Assembly (NCBI GenBank): GCA_040954595.2
Contig: CM082591.2
Span: forward strand, 10,867,309-10,931,308
Direction: 5' to 3'
Origin: Balanoglossus misakiensis
Lineage: Eukaryota; Animalia; Hemichordata
Length of the DNA: 64,000 nucleotides
Below, one piece after another: positions 36,101-51,100 of this stretch (position 1 is the stretch's first letter; every line of letters begins with the position of its first letter). The position numbers and the translations under genes were made by a program. The notes below the pieces were generated by a model, which was given only the letters and a program-made list of their open reading frames with translations, ran no database searches and was not told the DNA's origin.

Positions 36101-39100
36101 AATTTTGTAAACAAACGAGGCCGTGTTTCGAAGCAACCATGGAAACTTTAGAACTATCCGTCGATCTACAGAGTCTAGAGGCAAACTTTCTTATCCTCAT
36201 AGGCCTATCATGTGTTCTGCGCATCACAACAGAATTTTGTAAACAAACGAGGCTGTGTTTGGAAGAAACCATGGAAACTTTAGAACTATCCGTCGATCCA
36301 CAGAGTCTAGTGGAAAACTTTCTCATGCGCATAGACCTATCATGTGTTCTGCGCATCACAACAGAATTTTGTGAACAAACGAGGCTGTGTTTCGAAGCAA
36401 CCATGGAAACATTAGAACTATCCGTCGATCTATAGAGTCCAGTGGAAAACTTTCTTATCGTCATAGGGCTATCATGTGTTCTGCGCATCACAACAGAATT
36501 TTGTAAACAAACGAGTCTGTGTTTGGAAGCAACCATGGAAACTTTAGAAATATCCGTCGATCTACAGAGTCTAGTGGAAAACTTTCTTATGCGCATAGGC
36601 CTATCATGTGTTCTGCGCATCACAATAGAATTTTGTAAACAAACGAGGCCGTGTTTGGAAGCAACCATGGAAACTTTACAACTATCCGTCGATCTACAGA
36701 GTCTAGTGGAAAACTTTCTTATGTGCATAGGTCTATCATGTGTTCTGCGCATCACAACATAATTTTGAAAACAATCGAGGCTGTGTTTGGAAGCAACCAT
36801 GGAAACTTTAGAACTATCCGTCGATCGACAGAGTCTAGTGGAAAACTTTCTTATGCGCATAGACCTATCATTTGTTCTGCGCATCACAACAGAATTTTGT
36901 AAACAAACGAGGCTGTGTTTGTAAGCAATCATGGAAACTTTACAACTATCCGTCGATCTACAGAGTCTAGTGGAAAACTTTCTTATGCGCATAGACCTAT
37001 CATGTGTTCTGCGCATCACAACAGAATTTTGTAAACAAACGAGGCCGTGTTTCAAAGCAACCATGGAAACTTTAGAACTATCCGTCGATCTACAGAGTCT
37101 AGAGGCAAACTTTCTTATCCTCATAGGCCTATCATGTGTTCTGCGCATCACAACAGAATTTTGTAAACAAACGAGGCTGTGTTTGGAAGAAACCATGGAA
37201 ACTTTAGAACTATCCGTCGATCCACAGAGTCTAGTGGAAAACTTTCTCATGCGCATAGACCTATCATGTGTTCTGCGCATCACAACAGAATTTTGTGAAC
37301 AAACGAGGCTGTGTTTCGAAGCAACCATGGAAACATTAGAACTATCCGTCGATCTATAGAGTCCAGTGGAAAACTTTCTTATCGTCATAGGGCTATCATG
37401 TGTTCTGCGCATCACAACAGAATTTTGTAAACAAACGAGGCTGTGTTCGGAAGCAACCATGGAAACTTTAGAACTATCCGTCGATCTACAGAGTCTAGTG
37501 GAAAACTTTCTTATGCGCATATGCCTATCATGTGTTCTGCGCATCACAACATATTTCCTTAAATAAACGAGGCTGTGTTTGGAAGCAACCATGGAAATTT
37601 TAGAACTATCCGTCGATCTACAGAGTCTAGTGGAAAACTTTCTTATGTGCATAGGTCAATCATGTGTTCTGCGCATCACAACATAATTTTGAAAACAATC
37701 GAGGCTGTGTTTGGAAGCAACCATGGAAACTTTAGAACTATCCGTCGATCCACAGAGTCTAGTGGAAAACTTTCTTATGCGCATAGGCCTATCATGTTTT
37801 CTGCGCATCACAACAGAATTTTGTAAACAAACGAGGCTGTGTTCGGAAGCAACCATGGAAACTTTAGAACTATCCGTCGATCTACAGAGTCTAGTGGAAA
37901 ACTTTCTTATGCGCATAGGCCTATCATGTGTTCTGCGCATCACAACATATTTCCTTAAATAAACGAGGCTGTGTTTGGAAGCAACCATGGAAATTTTAGA
38001 ACTATCCGTCGATCTACAGAGTCTAGTGGAAAACTTTCTTATGTGCATAGGTCTATCATGTGTTCTGCGCATCACAACATAATTTTGAAAACAATCGAGG
38101 CTGTGTTTGGAAGCAACCATGGAAACTTAAGAACTATCCGTCGATCGACAGAGTCTAGTGGAAAACTTTCTTATGCGCATAGACCTATCATGTGTTCTGC
38201 GCATCACAACAGAATTTTGTAAACAAACGAGGCCGTGTTTCGAAGCAACCATGGAAACTTTAGAACTATCCGTCGATCTACAGAGTCTAGAGGCAAACTT
38301 TCTTATCCTCATAGGCCTATCATGTGTTCTGCGCATCACAACAGAATTTTGTAAACAAACGAGGCTGTGTTTGGAAGAAACCATGGAAACTTTAGAACTA
38401 TCCGTCGATCCACAGAGTCTAGTGGAAAACTTTCTCATGCGCATAGACCTATCATGTGTTCTGCGCATCACAACAGAATTTTGTGAACAAACGAGGCTGT
38501 GTTTCGAAGCAACCATGGAAACATTAGAACTATCCGTCGATCTATAGAGTCCAGTGGAAAACTTTCTTATCGTCATAGGGCTATCATGTGTTCTGCGCAT
38601 CACAACAGAATTTTGTAAACAAACGAGTCTGTGTTTGGAAGCAACCATGGAAACTTTAGAAATATCCGTCGATCTACAGAGTCTAGTGGAAAACTTTCTT
38701 ATGCGCATAGGCCTATCATGTGTTCTGCGCATCACAATAGAATTTTGTAAACAAACGAGGCCGTGTTTGGAAGCAACCATGGAAACTTTACAACTATCCG
38801 TCGATCTACAGAGTCTAGTGGAAAACTTTCTTATGCGCATAGACCTATCATTTGTTCTGCGCATCACAACAGAATTTTGTAAACAAACGAGGCCGTGTTT
38901 GGAAGCAACCATGGAAACTTTACAACTATCCGTCGATCTACAGAGTCTAGTGGAAAACTTTCTTATGCGCATAGACCTATCATGTGTTCTGCGCATCACA
39001 ACATATTTCCTTAAATAAACGAGGCTGTGTTTGGAAGCAACCATGGAAACTTTAGAACTATCCGTCGATCTACAGAGTCTAGTGGACAACTTTCTTATGT

Positions 39101-42100
39101 GCATAGGTCTATCATGTGTTCTGCGCATCACAACATAATTTTGTAAACAAACGAGGCTGTGTTTGGAAGCAACCATGGAAACTTTAGAACTATCCGTCGA
39201 TCGACAGAGTCTAGTGGAAAACTTTCTTATGCGCATAGACCTATCATTTGTTCTGCGCATCACAACAGAATTTTGTAAACAAACGAGGCCGTGTTTCGAA
39301 GCAACCATGGAAACTTTAGAACTATCCGTCGATCTACAGAGTCTAGTGGAAAACTTTCTTATGCACATAGACCTATCATGTGTTCTGCGCATCACAACAG
39401 AATTTTGTAAACAAACGGGGCCGTGTTTAAAAGCACCATGGAAACTTTAGAACTATCCGTCGATCTACAGAGTCTAGAGGCAAACTTTCTTATCCTCATA
39501 GGCCTATCATGTGTTCTGCGCATCACAACAGAATTTTGTAAACAAACGAGGCTGTGTTTGGAAGCAACCATGAAAACTTTAGAACTATCCGTCGATCTAC
39601 AGAGTCTAGTGGAAAACTTTCTTATGCGCATAGACCTATCATGTGTTCTGCGCATCACAACAGAATTTTGTAAACAAACGAGGCTGTGTTTCGAAGCAAC
39701 CATGGAAACTTTAGAACTATCCGTCGATCTACAGAGTCTAGTGGAAAACTTTCTTATGCGCATAGGCCTATCATGTATTCTGCGCATCACAACATATTTC
39801 CTTAAATAAACGAGGCTGTGTTTGGAAGCAACCACGGAAATTTTAGAACTATCCGTCGATCTACAGAGTCTAGTGGAAAACTTTCTTATCCTCATAGACC
39901 TATCATGTGTTCTGCGCATCACAACAGAATTTTGTAAACAAACGAGGGTGTGTTTGGAAGCAACCATGGAAACTTTATAACTATCCGTCGATCTACAGAG
40001 TCTAGTTGAAAACTTTCTTATCCTCATAGGCCTATCATGTGTTCTGCGCATCACAACAGAATTTTGTAAACAAACGAGGCTGTGTTCGGAAGCAACCATG
40101 GAAACTTTAGAACTATCCGTCGATCTACAGAGTCTAGTGGAAAACTTTCTTATGCGCATAGGCCTATCATGTGTTCTGCGCATCACAACATATTTCCTTA
40201 AATAAACGAGGCTGTGTTTCGAAGCAACCATGGAAACTTTAGAACTATCCGTCGATCTACAGAGTCTAGTGGAAAACTTTCTTATGCGCATAGACCTATC
40301 ATGTGTTCTGCGCATCACAACAGAATTTTGTAAACAAACGAGGCTGTGTTTGGAAGCAACCATGGAAACTTTAGAACTATCCGTTGATCTACAGAGTCTA
40401 GTGGAAAACTTTCTTATGCGCATAGACCTATCATGTGTTCTGCGCATCACAACAGAATTTTGTAAACAAACGAGGCTGTGTTTCGAAGCAACCATGGAAA
40501 CTTTAGAACTATCCGTCGATCTACAGAGTCTAGTGGAAAACTTTCTTATCCTCATAGGCCTATCATGTGTTCTGCGCATCACAACATATTTCCTTAAATA
40601 AACGAGGCTGTGTTTGGAAGCAACCATGGAAATTTTAGAACTATCCGTCGATCTACAGAGTCTAGTGGAAAACTTTCTTATCCTCATAGACCTATCATGT
40701 GTTCTGCGCATCACAACAGAATTTTGTAAACAAACGAGGGTGTGTTTGGAAGCAACCATGGAAACTTTATAACTATCCGTCGATCTACAGAGTCTAGTGG
40801 AAAACTTTCTTATCCTCATAGGCATATCATGTGTTTTGCGCATCACAACAGAATTTTGTAAACAAACGAGGCTGTGTTCGGAAGCAACCATGGAAACTTT
40901 AGAACTATCCGTCGATCTACAGAGTCTAGTGGAAAACTTTCTTATGCGCATAGGCCTATCATGTGTTCTGCGCATCACAACATATTTCCTTAAATAAACG
41001 AGGCTGTGTTTGGAAGCAACCATGGAAATTTTAGAACTATCCGTCGATCTACAGAGTCTAGTGGAAAACTTTCTTATCCTCATAGACCTATCATGTGTTC
41101 TGCGCATCACAACAGAATTTTGTAAACAAACGAGGGTGTGTTTGGAAGCAACCATGGAAACTTTATAACTATCCGTCGATCTACAGAGTCTAGTGGAAAA
41201 CTTTCTTATCCTCATAGGCATATCATGTGTTTTGCGCATCACAACAGAATTTTGTAAACAAACGAGGCTGTGTTCGGAAGCAACCATGGAAACTTTAGAA
41301 CTATCCGTCGATCTACAGAGTCTAGTGGAAAACTTTCTTATGCGCATAGGCCTATCATGTGTTCTGCGCATCACAACATATTTCCTTAAATAAACGAGGC
41401 TGTGTTTCGAAGCAACCATGGAAACTTTAGAACTATCCGTCGATCTACAGAGTCTAGTGGAAAACTTTCTTATCGTCATAGGGCTATCATGTGTTCTGCG
41501 CATCACAACAGAATTTTGTAAACAAACGAGGCTGTGTTCGGAAGCAACCATGGAAACTTTAGAACTATCCGTCGATCTACAGAGTCTAGTGGAAAACTTT
41601 CTTATCGTCATAGGGCTATCATGTGTTCTGCGCATCACAACAGAATTTTGTAAACAAACGAGGCTGTGTTCGGAAGCAACCATGGAAACTTTAGAACTAT
41701 CCGTCGATCTACAGAGTCTAGTGGAAAACTTTCTTATGCGCATAGGCCTATCATGTGTTCTGCGCATCACAACATATTTCCTTAAATAAACGAGGCTGTG
41801 TTTGGAAGCAACCATGGAAATTTTAGAACTATCCGTCGATCTACAGAGTCTAGTGGAAAACTTTCTTATGTGCATAGGTCTATCATGTGTTCTGCGCATC
41901 ACAACATAATTTTGAAAACAATCGAGGCTGTGTTTGGAAGCAACCATGGAAACTTTAGAACTATCCGTCGATCCACAGAGTCTAGTGGAAAACTTTCTTA
42001 TGCGCATAGGCCTATCATGTGTTCTGCACATCACAACAGAATTTTGTAAACAATCGAGGCTGTGTTTGGAAGCAACCATGGAAACTTTAGAACTATCCGT

Positions 42101-45100
42101 CGATCGACAGAGTCTAGTTGAAAACTTTCTTATGCGCATAGACCTATCATTTGTTCTGCGCATCACAACAGAATTTTGTAAACAAACGAGGCTGTGTTTG
42201 GAAGCAACCATAGAAACTTTAGAACTATCCGTCGATCTACAGAGTCTAGTGGAAAACTTTCTTATGCGCATAGACCTATCATGTGTTCTGCGCATCACAA
42301 CAGAATTTTGTAAACAAACGAGGCTGTGTTTCGAAGCAACCATGGAAACTTTAGAACTATCCGTCGATCTATAGAGTCCAGTGGAAAACTTTCTTATCGT
42401 CATAGGGCTATCATGTGTTCTGCGCATCACAACAGAATTTTGTAAACAAACGAGGCTGTGTTCGGAAGCAACCATGGAAACTTTAGAACTATCCGTCGAT
42501 CTACAGAGTCTAGTGGAAAACTTTCTTATGCGCATAGGCCTATCATGTGTTCTGCGCATCACAACATATTTCCTTAAATAAACGAGGCTGTGTTTGGAAG
42601 CAACCATGGAAATTTTAGAACTATCCGTCGATCTACAGAGTCTAGTGGAAAACTTTCTTATGTGCATAGGTCAATCATGTGTTCTGCGCATCACAACATA
42701 ATTTTGAAAACAATCGAGGCTGTGTTTGGAAGCAACCATGGAAACTTTAGAACTATCCGTCGATCCACAGAGTCTAGTGGAAAACTTTCTTATGCGCATA
42801 GGCCTATCATGTTTTCTGCGCATCACAACAGAATTTTGTAAACAAACGAGGCTGTGTTCGGAAGCAACCATGGAAACTTTAGAACTATCCGTCGATCTAC
42901 AGAGTCTAGTGGAAAACTTTCTTATGCGCATAGGCCTATCATGTGTTCTGCGCATCACAACATATTTCCTTAAATAAACGAGGCTGTGTTTGGAAGCAAC
43001 CATGGAAATTTTAGAACTATCCGTCGATCTACAGAGTCTAGTGGAAAACTTTCTTATGTGCATAGGTCTATCATGTGTTCTGCGCATCACAACATAATTT
43101 TGAAAACAATCGAGGCTGTGTTTGGAAGCAACCATGGAAACTTTAGAACTATCCGTCGATCGACAGAGTCTAGTGGAAAACTTTCTTATGCGCATAGACC
43201 TATCATTTGTTCTGCGCATCACAACAGAATTTTGTAAACAAACGAGGCTGTGTTTGTAAGCAATCATGGAAACTTTACAACTATCCGTCGATCTACAGAG
43301 TCTAGTGGAAAACTTTCTTATGCGCATAGACCTATCATGTGTTCTGCGCATCACAACAGAATTTTGTAAACAAACGAGGCCGTGTTTCGAAGCAACCATG
43401 GAAACTTTAGAACTATCCGTCGATCTACAGAGTCTAGAGGCAAACTTTCTTATCCTCATAGGCCTATCATGTGTTCTGCGCATCACAACAGAATTTTGTA
43501 AACAAACGAGGCTGTGTTTGGAAGAAACCATGGAAACTTTAGAACTATCCGTCGATCCACAGAGTCTAGTGGAAAACTTTCTCATGCGCATAGACCTATC
43601 ATGTGTTCTGCGCATCACAACAGAATTTTGTGAACAAACGAGGCTGTGTTTCGAAGCAACCATGGAAACATTAGAACTATCCGTCGATCTATAGAGTCCA
43701 GTGGAAAACTTTCTTATCGTCATAGGGCTATCATGTGTTCTGCGCATCACAACAGAATTTTGTAAACAAACGAGGCTGTGTTCGGAAGCAACCATGGAAA
43801 CTTTAGAACTATCCGTCGATCTACAGAGTCTAGTGGAAAACTTTCTTATGCGCATATGCCTATCATGTGTTCTGCGCATCACAACATATTTCCTTAAATA
43901 AACGAGGCTGTGTTTGGAAGCAACCATGGAAATTTTAGAACTATCCGTCGATCTACAGAGTCTAGTGGAAAACTTTCTTATGTGCATAGGTCAATCATGT
44001 GTTCTGCGCATCACAACATAATTTTGAAAACAATCGAGGCTGTGTTTGGAAGCAACCATGGAAACTTTAGAACTATCCGTCGATCCACAGAGTCTAGTGG
44101 AAAACTTTCTTATGCGCATAGGCCTATCATGTTTTCTGCGCATCACAACAGAATTTTGTAAACAAACGAGGCTGTGTTCGGAAGCAACCATGGAAACTTT
44201 AGAACTATCCGTCGATCTACAGAGTCTAGTGGAAAACTTTCTTATGCGCATAGGCCTATCATGTGTTCTGCGCATCACAACATATTTCCTTAAATAAACG
44301 AGGCTGTGTTTGGAAGCAACCATGGAAATTTTAGAACTATCCGTCGATCTACAGAGTCTAGTGGAAAACTTTCTTATGTGCATAGGTCTATCATGTGTTC
44401 TGCGCATCACAACATAATTTTGAAAACAATCGAGGCTGTGTTTGGAAGCAACCATGGAAACTTAAGAACTATCCGTCGATCGACAGAGTCTAGTGGAAAA
44501 CTTTCTTATGCGCATAGACCTATCATTTGTTCTGCGCATCACAACAGAATTTTGTAAACAAACGAGGCTGTGTTTGTAAGCAATCATGGAAACTTTACAA
44601 CTATCCATCGATCTACAGAGTCTAGTGGAAAACTTTCTTATGCGCATAGACCTATCATGTGTTCTGCGCATCACAACAGAATTTTGTAAACAAACGAGGC
44701 CGTGTTTCGAAGCAACCATGGAAACTTTAGAACTATCCGTCGATCTACAGAGTCTAGAGGCAAACTTTCTTATCCTCATAGGCCTATCATGTGTTCTGCG
44801 CATCACAACAGAATTTTGTAAACAAACGAGGCTGTGTTTGGAAGAAACCATGGAAACTTTAGAACTATCCGTCGATCCACAGAGTCTAGCGGAAAACTTT
44901 CTCATGCGCATAGACCTATCATGTGTTCTGCGCATCACAACAGAATTTTGTGAACAAACGAGGCTGTGTTTCGAAGCAACCATGGAAACATTAGAACTAT
45001 CCGTCGATCTATAGAGTCCAGTGGAAAACTTTCTTATCGTCATAGGGCTATCATGTGTTCTGCGCATCACAACAGAATTTTGTAAACAAACGAGTCTGTG

Positions 45101-45187
45101 TTTGGAAGCAACCATGGAAACTTTAGAAATATCCGTCGATCTACAGAGTCTAGTGGAAAACTTTCTTATGCGCATAGGCCTATCATG
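30135..45187. repeat. Large intra-array duplication, 8,579-bp offset (65 monomers - 1 bp): ~30135-36608 vs ~38714-45187
   Basis: ORF pairs 30584/39163, 31651/40230, 34011/42590, 36007/44586 and 36442/45021 all differ by 8,579. Shared private variants include GGACAAC, the AAAGCACCAT deletion, CCACGG, GGCATAT, ACTTAAG and CCATCGA. Confidence 0.9.
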
Positions 45188-48100
45188 TGCTCTGCGCATC
45201 AGAACAGAATTTTGTAAACAAACGAGGCTGTGTTTGGAAGCAACAATGGAAACTTTAGAACTATCCGTCGATCTACTGAGTCTAGTGGAAAACTTTCTTA
45301 TGCGCATAGGCCTATCTATGTGTTCTGCGCATCACAACAGATTTCCTTAAATAAACGAGGCTGTGTTTGGAAGCAACCATGGAAATTTTAGAACTATCCG
45401 TCGATCTACAGAGTCTAGTGGAAAACTTTCTTATGTGCATAGGCCTATCTATGTGTTCTGCGCATCACAACAGATTTCCTTAAATAAACGAGGCTGTTTT
45501 TGGAAGCAACCATGGAAATTTTAGAACTATCCGTCGATCTACAGAGTCTAGTGGAAAACTTTCTTATGCGCATAGACCTATCATGTGTTCTGCGCATCAC
45601 AACATATTTCCTTAAATAAACGAGGCTGTGTTTGGAAGCAACCATGGAAACTTTAGAACTATCCGTAGAACTATCCGTCGATCTACAGAGTCTAGTAGAA
45701 AACTTTCTTATGTGCATAGGTCTATCATGTGTTCTGCGCATCACAACATAATTTTGTAAACAAACGAGGCTGTGTTTGGAAGCAACCATGGAAACTTTAG
45801 AACTATCCGTCGATCGACAGAGTCTAGTGGAAAACTTTCTTATGCGCATAGACCTATCATTTGTTCTGCGCATCACAACAGAATTTTGTAAACAAACGAG
45901 ACCGTGTTTCGAAGCAACCATGGAAACTTTAGAACTATCCGTCGATCTACAGAGTCTAGTGGAAAACTTTCTTATGCGCATAGACCTATCATGTGTTCTG
46001 CGCATCACAACAGAATTTTGTAAACAAACGAGGCCGTGTTTCGAAGCAACCATGGAAACTTTAGAACTATCCGTCGATCTACAGAGTCTAGAGGCAAACT
46101 TTCTTATTCTCATAGGCCTATCATGTGTTCTGCGCATCACAACAGAATTTTGTAAACAAACGAGGCTGTGTTTGGAAGCAACCATGGAAACTTTAGAACT
46201 ATCCGTCGATCTACAGAGTCTAGTGGAAAACTTTCTTATGCGCATAGACCTATCATGTGTTCTGCGCATCACAACAGAATTTTGTAAACAAACGAGGCTG
46301 TGTTTCGAAGCAACCATGGAAACTTTAGAACTATCCGTCGATCTACAGAGTCTAGTGGAAAACTTTCTTATGCGCATAGGCCTATCATGTGTTCTGCGCA
46401 TCACAACATATTTCCTTAAATAAACGAGGCTGTGTTTGGAAGCAACCATGGAAATTTTAGAACTATCCGTCGATCTACAGAGTCTAGTGGAAAACTTTCT
46501 TATCCTCATAGACCTATCATGTGTTCTGCGCATCACAACAGAATTTTGTAAACAAACGAGGGTGTGTTTGGAAGCAACCATGGAAACTTTATAACTATCC
46601 GTCGATCTACAGAGTCTAGTTGAAAACTTTCTTATCCTCATAGGCCTATCATGTGTTCTGCGCATCACAACAGAATTTTGTAAACAAACGAGGCTGTGTT
46701 CGGAAGCAACCATGGAAACTTTAGAACTATCCGTCGATCTACAGAGTCTAGTGGAAAACTTTCTTATGCGCATAGGCCTATCATGTGTTCTGCGCATCAC
46801 AACATATTTCCTTAAATAAACGAGGCTGTGTTTCGAAGCAACCATGGAAACTTTAGAACAATCCGTCGATCTACAGAGTCTAGTGGAAAACTTTCTTATG
46901 CGCATAGACCTATCATTTGTTCTGCGCATCACAACAGAATTTTGTAAACAAACGAGACCGTGTTTCGAAGCAACCATGGAAACTTTAGAACTATCCGTCG
47001 ATCTACAGAGTCTAGTGGAAAACTTTCTTATGCGCATAGACCTATCATGTGTTCTGCGCATCACAACAGAATTTTGTAAACAAACGAGGCCGTGTTTCGA
47101 AGCAACCATGGAAACTTTAGAACTATCCGTCGATCTACAGAGTCTAGAGGCAAACTTTCTTATCCTCATAGGCCTATCATGTGTTCTGCGCATCACAACA
47201 GAATTTTGTAAACAAACGAGGCTGTGTTTGGAAGCAACCATGGAAACTTTAGAACTATCCGTCGATCTACAGAGTCTAGTGGAAAACTTTCTTATGCGCA
47301 TAGACCTATCATGTGTTCTGCGCATCACAACAGAATTTTGTAAACAAACGAGGCTGTGTTTCGAAGCAACCATGGAAACTTTAGAACTATCCGTCGATCT
47401 ACAGAGTCTAGTGGAAAACTTTCTTATGCGCATAGGCCTATCATGTGTTCTGCGCATCACAACATATTTCCTTAAATAAACGAGGCTGTGTTTGGAAGCA
47501 ACCATGGAAATTTTAGAACTATCCGTCGATCTACAGAGTCTAGTGGAAAACTTTCTTATCCTCATAGACCTATCATGTGTTCTGCGCATCACAACAGAAT
47601 TTTGTAAACAAACGAGGATGTGTTTGGAAGCAACCATGGAAACTTTAGAACTATCCGTCGATCTACAGAGTCTAGTGGAAAACTTTCTTATGCGCATAGA
47701 CCTATCATGTGTTCTGCGCATCACAACAGAATTTTGTAAACAAACGAGGCCGTGTTTCGAAGCAACCATGGAAACTTTAGAACTATCCGTCGATCTACAG
47801 AGTCTAGAGGCAAACTTTCTTATCCTCATAGGCCTATCATGTGTTCTGCGCATCACAACAGAATTTTGTAAACAAACGAGGCTGTGTTTGGAAGCAACCA
47901 TGGAAACTTTAGAACTATCCGTCGATCTACAGAGTCTAGTGGAAAACTTTCTTATGCGCATAGACCTATCATGTGTTCTGCGCATCACAACAGAATTTTG
48001 TAAACAAACGAGGCTGTGTTTCGAAGCAACCATGGAAACTTTAGAACTATCCGTCGATCTACAGAGTCTAGTGGAAAACTTTCTTATGCGCATAGGCCTA

Positions 48101-51100
48101 TCATGTGTTCTGCGCATCACAACATATTTCCTTAAATAAACGAGGCTGTGTTTGGAAGCAACCATGGAAATTTTAGAACTATCCGTCGATCTACAGAGTC
48201 TAGTGGAAAACTTTCTTATCCTCATAGACCTATCATGTGTTCTGCGCATCACAACAGAATTTTGTAAACAAACGAGGGTGTGTTTGGAAGCAACCATGGA
48301 AACTTTAGAACTATCCGTCGATCTACAGAGTCTAGTTGAAAACTTTCTTATCCTCATAGGCCTATCATGTGTTCTGCGCATCACAACAGAATTTTGTAAA
48401 CAAACGAGGCTGTGTTCGGAAGCAACCATGGAAACTTTAGAACTATCCGTCGATCTACAGAGTCTAGTGGAAAACTTTCTTATGCGCATAGGCCTATCAT
48501 GTGTTCTGCGCATCACAACATATTTCCTTAAATAAACGAGGCTGTGTTTCGAAGCAACCATGGAAACTTTAGAACTATCCGTCGATCTACAGAGTCTAGT
48601 GGAAAACTTTCTTATGCGCATAGACCTATCATTTGTTCTGCGCATCACAACAGAATTTTGTAAACAAACGAGACCGTGTTTCGAAGCAACCATGGAAACT
48701 TTAGAACTATCCGTCGATCTACAGAGTCTAGTGGAAAACTTTCTTATGCGCATAGACCTATCATGTGTTCTGCGCATCACAACAGAATTTTGTAAACAAA
48801 CGAGGCCGTGTTTCGAAGCAACCATGGAAACTTTAGAACTATCCGTCGATCTACAGAGTCTAGAGGCAAACTTTCTTATCCTCATAGGCCTATCATGTGT
48901 TCTGCGCATCACAACAGAATTTTGTAAACAAACGAGGCTGTGTTTGGAAGCAACCATGGAAACTTTAGAACTATCCGTCGATCTACAGAGTCTAGTGGAA
49001 AACTTTCTTATGCGCATAGACCTATCATGTGTTCTGCGCATCACAACAGAATTTTGTAAACAAACGAGGCTGTGTTTCGAAGCAACCATGGAAACTTTAA
49101 AACTATCCGTCGATCTACAGAGTCTAGTGGAAAACTTTCTTATGCGCATAGGCCTATCATGTGTTCTGCGCATCACAACATATTTCCTTAAATAAACGAG
49201 GCTGTGTTTGGAAGCAACCATGGAAATTTTAGAACTATCCGTCGATCTACAGAGTCTAGTGGAAAACTTTCTTATCCTCATAGACCTATCATGTGTTCTG
49301 CGCATCACAACAGAATTTTGTAAACAGACGAGGGTGTGTTTGGAAGCAACCATGGAAACTTTATAACTATCCGTCGATCTACAGAGTCTAGTTGAAAACT
49401 TTCTTATCCTCATAGGCCTATCATGTGTTCTGCGCATCACAACAGAATTTTGTAAACAAACAAGGCTGTGTTCGGAAGCAACCATGGAAACTTTAGAACT
49501 ATCCGTCGATCTACAGAGTCTAGTGGAAAACTTTCTTATGCGCATAGGCCTATCATGTGTTCTGCGCATCACAACATATTTCCTTAAATAAACGAGGCTG
49601 TGTTTCGAAGCAACCATGGAAACTTTAGAACTATCCGTCGATCTACAGAGTCTAGTGGAAAACTTTCTTATGCGCATAGACCTATCATGTGTTCTGCGCA
49701 TCACAACAGAATTTTGTCAACAAACGAGGCTGTGTTTGGAAGCAACCATGGAAACTTTAGAACTATCCGTTGATCTACAGAGTCTAGTGGAAAACTTTCT
49801 TATCCTCATAGGCCTATCATGTGTTCTGCGCATCACAACATATTTCCTTAAATAAACGAGGCTGTGTTTGGAAGCAACCATGGAAATTTTAGAACTATCC
49901 GTCGATCTACAGAGTCTAGTGGAAAACTTTCTTATCCTCATAGACCTATCATGTGTTCTGCGCATCACAACAGAATTTTGTAAACAAACGAGGGTGTGTT
50001 TGGAAGCAACCATGGAAACTTTATAACTATCCGTCGATCTACAGAGTCTAGTGGAAAACTTTCTTATCCTCATAGGCCTATCATGTGTTTTGCGCATCAC
50101 AACAGAATTTTGTAAACAAACGAGGCTGTGTTCGGAAGCAACCATGGAAACTTTAGAACTATCCGTCGATCTACAGAGTCTAGTGGAAAACTTTCTTATG
50201 CGCATAGGCCTATCATGTGTTCTGCGCATCACAACATATTTCCTTAAATAAACGAGGCTGTGTTTCGAAGCAACCATGGAAACTTTAGAACTATCCGTCG
50301 ATCTACAGAGTCTAGTGGAAAACTTTCTTATGCGCATAGACCTATCATGTGTTCTGCGCATCACAGCAGAATTTTGTAAACAAACGAGGCTGTGTTTCGA
50401 AGCAACCATGGTAACTTTAGAACTATCCGTCGATCTATAGAGTCCAGTGGAAAACTTTCTTATCGTCATAGGGCTATCATGTGTTCTGCGCATCACAACA
50501 GAATTTTGTAAACAAACGAGGCTGTGTTCGGAAGCAACCATGGAAACTTTAGAACTATCCGTCGATCTACAGAGTCTAGTGGAAAACTTTCTTATGCGCA
50601 TAGGCCTATCATGTGTTCTGCGCATCACAACATATTTCCTTAAATAAACGAGGCTGTGTTTGGAAGCAACCATGGAAATTTTAGAACTATCCGTCGATCT
50701 ACAGAGTCTAGTGGAAAACTTTCTTATGTGCATAGGTCTATCATGTGTTCTGCGCATCACAACATAATTTTGAAAACAATCGAGGCTGTGTTTGGAAGCA
50801 ACCATGGAAACTTTAGAACTATCCGTCGATCCACAGAGTCTAGTGGAAAACCTTCTTATGCGCATAGGCCTATCATGTGTTCTGCACATCACAACAGAAT
50901 TTTGTAAACAATCGAGGCTGTGTTTGGAAGCAACCATGGAAACTTTAGAACTATCCGTCGATCGACAGAGTCTAGTGGAAAACTTTCTTATGCGCATAGA
51001 CCTATCATTTGTTCTGCGCATCACAACAGAATTTTGTAAACAAACGAGGCTGTGTTTGGAAGCAACCATAGAAACTTTAGAACTATCCTTCGATCTACAG

